From assembly GCA_024704765.1 (NCBI GenBank), contig JAKMXF010000354.1:667690-731689 (forward strand): a DNA stretch of 64,000 nt. The letters are read 5' to 3'. Numbering within the stretch: position 1 is the stretch's first letter; every line of letters begins with the position of its first letter. Below the pieces are notes generated by a model. That model was not told the origin of the DNA, ran no database searches, and saw nothing but the letters and a program-made list of their open reading frames with translations. Source of the DNA: Oopsacas minuta (taxonomy: Eukaryota; Animalia; Porifera). The translations under genes and the position numbers were made by a program. Below are positions 50,204-59,400 of the stretch, in pieces.

Positions 50204-50355
50204 ATGGTAGTTACTCTTTCTGTGTGTTCTATCATTAGATAACTAAAGTATTATTGTATTACTATGGAGTTCTGTATATAATGAGAATGATATGCCTTAT
50301 TTCATTACAAAAAACTTCTATGATAATATTGTACTTTTAACATTAGTTAGTTGAT

Positions 50356-51114
50356 ATGGCAGAATCTTCGCCTCTCTCAGAATTCCTATCTGACAAACTC
50401 ATCACTACGTCTGGATACTCTCTCTTCGGTAGGATAATGTCCTGGTCAAGAGATAGCTACCCCTCAGAACTCTCTCAGGCGAGAATAACCACTTTCCTGT
50501 TTGGAGAAGATGCGATTAGACAGGTACAGGATCGTGTGTTATCTGACCCATTCGGTGTCCTCATAGAGCTAGGCCTGATGCCTGATTATGTCAAATGGAA
50601 AATAGAAGTTACACAGGAGGATTACTGGTTGGTACTCTTCCGTGTTATGCCGTCATACCATTCTCCTATACGTGCTTTCCCAGCTACTTGGAATGGAATA
50701 GGAGATATAATAGCTTACAAGTTTCCGGGTGCTCTATACGATTTTAATCAGCACAAAGATGTGCTATCTTCTAATTCTTGTCAATTCTTTGAGAAAGAAA
50801 GTGGGATTGATTTTATGAAATGTTTGAAGTTGAAACAGGAGGATAACGATATCTCTCCTTACTTCAGTTATGCTAGATTTATGAGATGTCCAGTCCCTAG
50901 AAGTTCCTGGCAAGTTAGACTGTTCCTATACTGTGAACTTAGAGTTCTAGAGTACTTCACTGGAGACGGATACACACACACTGCTGATAAGAAACGCGGT
51001 TATAAGGAGTATATAGCTAACAGTATTAATCTATCACTTATACCAGCCGATCAGCTGTTTGTTATTAAGCTACATATTACTCCTGAGCACTTGTCATTCT
51101 ATTGTGACAGCTGA
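50356..51114 (+). CDS. Uncharacterised 252-aa protein
   Basis: Intact ATG-to-stop ORF filling the gap between VPS29 and ZUP1, with globular-protein composition; no family recognised with confidence. Confidence 0.65.
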   Translation: MAESSPLSEFLSDKLITTSGYSLFGRIMSWSRDSYPSELSQARITTFLFGEDAIRQVQDRVLSDPFGVLIELGLMPDYVKWKIEVTQEDYWLVLFRVMPSYHSPIRAFPATWNGIGDIIAYKFPGALYDFNQHKDVLSSNSCQFFEKESGIDFMKCLKLKQEDNDISPYFSYARFMRCPVPRSSWQVRLFLYCELRVLEYFTGDGYTHTADKKRGYKEYIANSINLSLIPADQLFVIKLHITPEHLSFYCDS

Positions 51115-51178
51115 CAGCTCATGAGTTGTGTTTATTTATACTTTTGGATTTCTCATGGTTTATTTGTATACGTATAGC

Positions 51179-52558
51179 ATGGCATCTTTATTTGGGGATG
51201 AGGATGACGTAATAATATCTCTACAGGAGGGATATGAAGGTTGGGTGATATGTCAGTATCCAGACTGTAATCAACAAGTTCTTATTGTACAGCTAGAAGA
51301 ACACCTGTTATCTCATTCAGCTACCTCATCAGATGAGATATCTGATCTAGAGTTCGCAAGAGCTCTCCAGGAATCAGAAGATCAACTAATTTCTGCAATC
51401 GAAGCAGACTATCAATTAGCTCTATCATTACAGAACCAAGAAACTACATACACACAAGCAAAACCTAACACCCAGTTAGCTACTGCGGATATAGCCCCTC
51501 GTACTTATAGCTCAGCTGCTAAACCAACTAATTATCAAACAAGAGGTAACTCTAATTACTCATACAAACCGTCACCTTACGCTAACATTAAACCTGGTAG
51601 TAACATACATTCACTGAGTTCTGTGACGTCATCAGTTAAGGGTAAAGGCAGGGGAGAGGGTGGATATACTGCTCAGACCCTGAACAAATTGGAGCAGCAG
51701 GCGAATAAGGGGGCCATTACATCTGTTGATCTGCATTTTAAGAAATTAGAGTTTATGGAGAATCTTAATTCTGGTAAAGATGACCTGAACTCTTGCACTG
51801 AGGGAGTACTACAGAGTATGATGCATTCATATGGGCTGTTCTCACCTTCATGGAGTTACTACCTCTCTCTAGACACGCCTCACTTCTCGTACTCTCTAGG
51901 AGACAGGGGTTGGGGGTGTGGATATCGTAACATACAGATGATAATAGGTAGCTTGCTGATGAGTGATAAATATAGAGTAGTCATGAATCGTACATTTAAT
52001 GGAAATGTCCCAACAGTACCCCGCCTCCAGGAGCTACTGGATGAAGCCTGGCGTGCAGGTTACGACCCTCAGGGGGCCAAGAGCCTAGGGTACAAAGTAC
52101 GTGACACAAAGACTTGGATTGGAGCCACAGAAGCTGCAGTTCTATTCAGATCATTTGGAGTTAAAGCAGAAGTAGTAGATTTCATAAAACCTCCAGGATC
52201 TGGTAATACACATGCTAGACTCATACAGTGGGTAGAGGACTACTTCAAGAGGTCTACCTGTATAACTACAGACCTTCCTCCTGTATATCTACAGCATTCA
52301 GGTCATAGTCGTACAATTATTGGATGGAGTCAATATAGGAGTAACAAGTATTTAACAATATTAGACCCCATGACTTATCCAGATAAACTCAGGAAATGTG
52401 TGCAGTTAAAAGAAAGAGAATTGGTGTGGTTACTCTCTCGGATATCGTCACATTTCTACAAGTCTGAATACCAAATTGTATCTATAACCGGATTAATAGA
52501 ATCTCATAAAAAAGAGTCATATAAAATAATATCTCCAATACAGAGATTAACTCATTAG
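51179..52558 (+). CDS. ZUP1: Zinc finger-containing ubiquitin peptidase 1 (C78-fold deubiquitinase)
   Basis: Catalytic GDRGWGCGYRNIQM, WIGATEAA, YLQHSGHSRTIIG, ILDP; N-terminal zinc finger (CQYPDC...HLLSH) and MIU-like helices (DLEFARALQ, DYQLALSLQ). ATG at 51179. Confidence 0.9.
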   Translation: MASLFGDEDDVIISLQEGYEGWVICQYPDCNQQVLIVQLEEHLLSHSATSSDEISDLEFARALQESEDQLISAIEADYQLALSLQNQETTYTQAKPNTQLATADIAPRTYSSAAKPTNYQTRGNSNYSYKPSPYANIKPGSNIHSLSSVTSSVKGKGRGEGGYTAQTLNKLEQQANKGAITSVDLHFKKLEFMENLNSGKDDLNSCTEGVLQSMMHSYGLFSPSWSYYLSLDTPHFSYSLGDRGWGCGYRNIQMIIGSLLMSDKYRVVMNRTFNGNVPTVPRLQELLDEAWRAGYDPQGAKSLGYKVRDTKTWIGATEAAVLFRSFGVKAEVVDFIKPPGSGNTHARLIQWVEDYFKRSTCITTDLPPVYLQHSGHSRTIIGWSQYRSNKYLTILDPMTYPDKLRKCVQLKERELVWLLSRISSHFYKSEYQIVSITGLIESHKKESYKIISPIQRLTH

Positions 52559-52641
52559 AAATTCTTATTTGTGATAATTACACCTGTAGAGGTGAATAAT
52601 TGGACGCTTTATTAGCCCCGATTTACAAATTCTACAACAGC

Positions 52642-52660
52642 AGATGTGTATAAGAGACAG
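52642..52660 (+). other. Exact Tn5 mosaic end / Nextera adapter sequence, probable assembly contaminant
   Basis: agatgtgtataagagacag, 19/19 identity to the ME sequence. Confidence 0.9.
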
Positions 52661-53099
52661 CTTTATTTATGGGAATGAACCTGAATTAGCATCAAATAGT
52701 ACTCAAGGTAATCCTCGTTGTCCTGAATAACACTCACTGATTATAATTATTATCGTATTTAATTTGTTGTAATTATCAATTAATACATGTTTATTAGTTC
52801 ACTCGAGAATTACCTGATAACTAATACAAATCTTTTGAAAGCATATGATAGAGTTTTAACACTTTATTGTGTAATTAATTGACTACCTAACTATGCTAAT
52901 GTAATTGTTATATTATCCTATTGTTACTATTACATATTCTGTAATTGTATTCTGTAATTGTAGTCATGCGTTTTGTTGTTGTAATCTGATTACTGATTAG
53001 GCTTAGGATTTTGATAAATACACGAAAGATTGGTGATAATTTATTGTATTCTTCCTTGAAATTGCTAGATATTTTATTAGAGAATAACACCTCCCAGTT

Positions 53100-54965
53100 A
53101 TGACAGCTCCAATACTTTCATACTATTATGATTTGATGTTACCAAAAGCATCTGGCACAGTAATGAAGGCTAAATGCAAATATTGTGGTACTATAATTTC
53201 TGGAAGACTAAACACATCTTCTAACTTCATCACTCACACGAAGGTATGTAAATTTTCTTTAGATAGTTTTCAGTTATTTATTTTATTACTTTTTTTATAG
53301 AGGAAACACAGAGAGATATATCAAACTCTATTTATGGCACAAAAAGTTCGTCCTGCAGAATCTAGACCCACCATTAAAGTGTCTACTCAGGTTCTTGATT
53401 CACAACCTGTATATGTACAACAAACTGATACTTTACTTAAACTCATAGCTGCTGACCTATTACCTATCTCTATTGTAGATAGTATACAATTCCATCAATT
53501 TGTGACTACCTTAAATCCTCACTACAAACTACCTACTAGAGACCAAATTAACACTAAACTATTACCAGAACTCGCCGCATCTATACAAACACTCATAAGG
53601 CTTAATCTTACAAAAGCTCATAGTGTGTGTCTTAGCTTTAGCGTAGCTAGCCAAGAAGCTAAAACCTTGATAGGAATTACAGCACATTATATAATAGACT
53701 GGAGATTATACTCAATGGTTCTATCTTATACAAGACTAGAGTGTATGTGTAATGAGAGTATTCTCAGACAGGAGTATGAACAGGTAGTAGCTGGTTATGA
53801 AATAGCTCATAAAGTGATTAGCGTTGTTGTATATAGTTCTCTCAATTCACTAGCTCCTTATCTAACGTCTATACCAGGATTCTCAACAGAAGAAAATGAT
53901 AATTATATTATTTTAAGAGTGGAACCACTCGTAAAAGATTCTAAACCGTTACCAGTTATATCGTTTAATTTCCTACCAAGAAGCAGTCCTTGTTTTGTAC
54001 ACAGCCTCCATCTGATTGTGAGAGATACTCTAAACGAGTTAAGTGAGCCTCTGAGGAATGCTATACACGATATTTCTAGCACTATCCAGTACTTAGAGTC
54101 TTTAGGACACAAAATAGTTAAAAACGAAGATAAACCAAATTCTACCAAATGGATTTCACAGCTAGACACGATACGTACTCTATTGTACTTGTCTGAAGAA
54201 GAATTTAGTAAATTAGAGATATCTCACTTCTCTAAAGCTGAGAGAGAAATGCTCCTTGAATTATGTGATATTCTTCATCCTATTGAGCATGCCTTGAGGT
54301 TACTCCAACAGCATGCGAATGTTTCCCCTGGATTTATCATACCGGTTTCTCGAGGAATCAAACACAAACTTGAGCAGATTACACCTGTGCATAACGATAA
54401 TGTGCTTGTTACTGTAAAGAAATTAGTCCAAGAGAGATTAACTCGTTACGAGCAAGACGATTCTTACATCACAGCATCAGTATTAGACCCCAGATTCAAG
54501 TTGAGATGGAGTAATCAGGATGAACAATGTAAAATTAAATCCATTTTCCTAAACAAAGTTTCTATCTTACTATCTTGTTACGCAACTAATCATGATGATA
54601 CCAACTCACAATTGACAAAATCTCAAAAAACTGAAGATGACCTTTTCAGCTTTATGACTCCCACTAGTAGTAATAATGGTACACAGCTAACTACCTTAGA
54701 AGCAGAAACAGAGGTTATTCAGTTTTTATCACAGCCTTGCTTAGACATGGAAGCTGATCCCTTTATGTACTGGAAGACACAGCAAGCCAATTTCCCACTC
54801 TTGGCTGAGATGGCTTTTAGCTACATGGCTATGCCTACTTCTTCACCAGATGAAATTGTCCTAAACGATCTCCTCAAATCTGATCTTTCTTCCCTCAGTT
54901 ATGAAACTTTTCAGATGTTAATGATTGTTAAATTTAATCCTAACTTACAAATAAGAGCTCTTTAA
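53100..54965 (+). CDS. BED zinc-finger hAT-transposase-derived protein (ZBED-like), probably domesticated
   Basis: Exon 53100-53243 joined to 53301-54965 completes the BED finger (CKYC...FITHTKRKH). Also DLLPISIVD..QF, GITAHYIIDW, CFVHSLHL, ASVLDPRFK, and the hATC dimerisation motif DPFMYWK...FPLLAEMA. Confidence 0.85.
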
Positions 54966-55256
54966 CGAATAAATGAAATGACTTGTGGTATAACTTTATA
55001 TTGTTGTTCTTGGATAATTATTTTATCTGTACACGGCCCTTTATCTTATACGTAATTCACTGAATGAATTTTTATTATACTATTTCAGTCAGGGACGGGT
55101 CTTATTATGAACCCCCTATTAGTGCTTGATACAAAATCTATGGGAATGGTTTTATTTGGGCCACTGGTTTGGTTCATAATAAGCTCCCATGACTATATAA
55201 GGATTTAAAAGTGTTTCCCTTCATTTACAAATACTCTTAGTTTCGTCTTCTCTCCA

Positions 55257-55478
55257 ATGCCAATTCTCCCTGGACAAGCTGCTACCTCTAGCACACAGAT
55301 GGACGAGGAAAGTGCTGCAGATTTTAACCAAATGATGGAATATGAAGAATCTGGGATTAGTGCTTCATCTGAGCTAACTCAAACTGATAAAATAATTCAT
55401 TTGGATTTTTATAATCGTTTTGGAGATCTCTGTGATGATGACTTAGATTTAGGAGTAACTACAACCAAAGCTAAGTAA
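55257..55478 (+). CDS. COPS9: COP9 signalosome subunit 9 (CSNAP/MYEOV2)-like small acidic protein
   Basis: C-terminal DKIIHLDFYNRFGDLCDDD resembles the COPS9 motif (KAVHADFFNDFEDLFDDD). Confidence 0.65.
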   Translation: MPILPGQAATSSTQMDEESAADFNQMMEYEESGISASSELTQTDKIIHLDFYNRFGDLCDDDLDLGVTTTKAK

Positions 55479-55608
55479 CTGAGAATGTTCTAAAATTTCT
55501 TGCATGATATTTGAATATTTAGTAATATACGTATTTTCCTTAGTTTTATCTTCCAAATTCTAACAATTTACATTAATACAAAATATAACTAAATATTTAA
55601 TGAATATA

Positions 55609-56193
55609 TTAGTCCCTGTCACCAATCGCTCTCCTGAGTACATCTAATACAACTCTCACTACATCTAAGTTGGGTAGAATATTCTCGTATAATACTATGT
55701 GTTCCTTTTGTTTGTTATCTCCCAATGTCTTCATGACTAACATTAAATAGAATATAACTCTCTGTCTACGGAATCCTTCGTTAACACAGACTATATCAAT
55801 ATTTTCACACAAATACGTTCTGTGGCTCAGTGGCCAGCAAATATACCTGACAACTGTCTGTATAACCTCTCCATGTACTATTACAACTTCTTCAGACAAT
55901 ACAATTGTAGTTAGTACAATAAACATATAAATTACTCCTATAGCAAAGGAGCTGTACCAATAAGTTAGGAAATACATAAGGATAGATAAACTCATTGCTA
56001 TAATGAGATTACACAGTATATACTTGAATACTTGAATCTTGGTGTAGCTGATTCTGATTCTAGTTATTTTATGTTTTAACTTTCCTATCTTACCTTCCAA
56101 TAACTCAGATACCCATTTATCTACCTCCAGATAGTCTCCATTGATATTCTTTCCTTTCTCATGTGTGTATGAGTTATAGCTCTTCGATTTCAT
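55609..56193 (-). CDS. PIGH: GPI-GlcNAc transferase subunit H
   Basis: Two N-terminal TM segments, EEVVIVHG, INEGFRRQRVIFYL, LYENILPNL fit the PIG-H family. Confidence 0.8.
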   Translation of the reverse strand: MKSKSYNSYTHEKGKNINGDYLEVDKWVSELLEGKIGKLKHKITRIRISYTKIQVFKYILCNLIIAMSLSILMYFLTYWYSSFAIGVIYMFIVLTTIVLSEEVVIVHGEVIQTVVRYICWPLSHRTYLCENIDIVCVNEGFRRQRVIFYLMLVMKTLGDNKQKEHIVLYENILPNLDVVRVVLDVLRRAIGDRD

Positions 56194-56444
56194 CACAACT
56201 AATTCTGTAGTATTGAATTTTGATAAGTAACAACCTTATGGTTACAAGACATAGCTTATGAAGTGAATTATGGTTGTTATTTATTGGTTTTCATTTATTT
56301 ATCAACACTTATAAATATTAATACAACTAGACAATGACAACTGAAAAACTATAGCAAACCTCTGAATTCAAGACAATGTTTCAACAATACATACAAACCA
56401 TATCACTACTTATTAGGGGGATATCTTAACCTATTGAATTGATA

Positions 56445-59400
56445 TTATTTGCTAGAATCATTAAAGCTACTGTACAAAGGATTCTTCTCTTCGAAGGGGA
56501 AGTTATCAGGATCAGGGATTGACTTTAGAATAGTAGTAACGTAATGAGGCTCTTTAGATTTAAGTCCTCTTGATTGAGTTAGTTGTTGTGCTACTTCGCT
56601 GGTAAGAGTATCCTGGTCAACATAACTGTACTCAGATGATAGATTACCGTTATTTGTATGTGGTTGTTTCAATCGAGCATTCTCCAGGAATTTGGGTGTG
56701 ATTACGTCATCTGCTTTTGAATACTCATGATTCGGAATATCATCATCTATATCTTCATATTCGTGTACAGGCTCCTGTCCTAAATTGTTGTTAACTGCGG
56801 GGGGAGAAATAGTAGGCGGTACTATTGTAGCATTTCCATCTATTTCCATGTATGTAGCATCATCTAGCACTACTGTATTAGGAAATCTTGATTGTGATTC
56901 TTTCTTTAAAGCTGATGCTTTTTTCGAGTTTATTCGTTCTTGATTTACGTATTCAATTGTCTCGTTTGATTTTTCTTGGTATGCCATTGTTTTAGGGTCT
57001 AAACTTTCATAGAGTGTTCCTATGTTTCCAAGATATTCAGTAGGAACTGTCCTCTCTACCTCAGGATTGGTCTCGAGGTAGTCAGCTTGTGCTGTTCTCT
57101 CTAGAGTGGGGTTGAAATCAAGATATTCACTAGGTGCTGTCCTCTTTACGTCAGGATTGGTCCCAAGATAACCAGTTGGTGCCGTCCTTTCTAATGTAGG
57201 ATTTGAATCAAGATATTCAGAAGCTACTGTCCTCTCTACCTCAAGATTGGTCTCGAGGTAGTCAGCTTGTGCTGTTCTCTCTAGAGTGGGGTTGGAATCA
57301 AGATATTCACTAGGTGCTGTCCTCTTTACGTCAGGATTGGTCCCAAGATAACCAGTTGGTGCCGTCCTTTCTAATGTAGGATTTGAATCAAGATATTCAG
57401 AAGCTACTGTCCTCTCTACCTCAGCATTGGTCTCGAGGTAGTCAGCTTGTGCTGTTCTCTCTAGAGTGGGGTTGGAATCAAGATATTCACTAGGTGCTGT
57501 CCTCTTTACGTCAGGATTGGTCCCAAGATAACCAGTTGGTGCCGTCCTTTCTAATGTAGGATTTGAATCAAGATATTCAGAAGCTACTGTCCTCTCTACC
57601 TCAGCATTGGTCTCGAGGTAGTCAGCTTGTGCTGTTCTCTCTAGTGTGGGGTTGGAATCAAGATATTCACTAGGTGCTGTCCTCTCTACCTCAGGATTTG
57701 TCTCGAGGTATCCAGCTGTTGCTATCCTCTCTAATGTGGGGTTGGTGGAATCAAGATATTCAGTAGGTGCTGTCCTCTTTACATCAGGGTTGTTTTCAAG
57801 GTATCCAGCTGTTGCTGTTCTTTCTAGGTCAGGATTTGTCTCGTAGTAGCCAGCTTGTGCTGTCCTCTCTAAAGTTGGAGTAACATAGTCGGTAGCTTTT
57901 TCCTGAATGGCTGTTTTATCTAAATTTGACTTCAGCTTGACGTCAGAATATGGGTTTATATACACATCCATCTTCTTATAGTTCTTACTTGATCTTGTTT
58001 CTAAGTAATCACTGGAATTCTTAGTATCAGTGACATAAATATCATTTGATTGCATGTATTCACTCCCAGAATCTGTCTTACTTGTCCTGTTGGATACTGA
58101 GCTCTCTCCTTCTATATAATGATTTGGGCTTAGGAAGTTGCTTGAATTATTAGCACCCGTTTTACTAACGACATCATTCGCTAGCATATAATCACTTTCT
58201 GGAATTTCTACAGCTGTTGAATCTGTATTCAGGTTAGAAGAAATGTTTTGATAAACTTCTACCTTTTGAGTTGTACTATCGTTAGCGAGAGAATATTCGT
58301 TAATGTCATCTGATTGTGCTGGTGGAGGTATAAATGAAGCACCTGCGGTATTATCCCTATTAGAAAATTGATCTCCCGTTAGTTGCTTGGATACCCTTAA
58401 ATTCTCATAGTTCAATCCTCCCCTCTTCCCATTAATTGCGTCTCTAACTAATATTTGAACTTGTGTAGTGACTAAATAAGCCATCACTTCATCATCAATT
58501 TCTTCATAATCCGGTACAATACTGCTGTCACGTGATTCACTTCTCATCCCGTGATCTGGATCCCCGTACACGTATAGGCTAGGTTCATTGAGCATTTCTT
58601 GAAGCTGATGGCTGAGGCTCTCAAATGAAATCCTATCGTCTGGTTTATCTATCCAACACTGATTCAGTAAATGATATAGTTTAGAGCTGCAGTTTTTCGG
58701 TTGTTCTAACCGATCTCCCGAAACTAGCAACTCTATAACCTGTTGAGGCTTTACATTGCCATAAGGACGTTTTGCTGAAGTTAGAATTTCCCATACAGTT
58801 ATCCCATAGCTCCAAATATCAGACTTGTGAGAATATTGTTTGTAGAAAATTGATTCTAGCGGCATCCACCTAACTGGAATTTTCCCTCCACTTGATATAT
58901 ACTGATCCTCTCCTACATCAAGAATTCTACTCATTCCAAAATCTGATATCTTAACTAGCTCGTTTGAAGCTACAAGACAGTTCCTTGACGCTAGATCTCT
59001 ATGCACAAGCCGCCTGGACTCCAGATAATTCATACCGCTTGCTATTTGCTGCATGAACGTTAACCTGATTGAGGGAGTTAAATATTTTCCTTCTATCTTG
59101 AGATAGTCCAAAAGAGAGCCACCTTGTACCAACTCATTAATTACCATGAGTTGTCTCGCCATGCAGAGACAATAGAATCTAACTAAGTATTTATTCCGCA
59201 TCTTAGCTAGTAGCACTGCCTCTTTGATAAGCTCCTGCATATCTTCTATCGGTGCATCTTGATTCAACTCCTTTATTGCTACCATTACAGGCTCTCCATC
59301 AACTGGTAGCCACACACCTCTGTACACTATACCGAATGCGCCTTTTCCCAAAACTTCTTTCTTCTCGATTCTAGTCAGATCTGCTATAACTAGTTGTGTC

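Noticed and set aside
6695-55478. Functional ubiquitin-pathway cluster (UBL7, CUL3, TRIM-NHL, ZUP1, COPS9)
   Set aside because: The genes are interspersed with unrelated ones and the pathway is large, so co-occurrence in 64 kb of a gene-dense genome is unremarkable without synteny evidence.
57031-57895. CRISPR-like or satellite array
   Set aside because: The repeats are contiguous, in frame within the RTK CDS, with no unique spacers; eukaryotic context.
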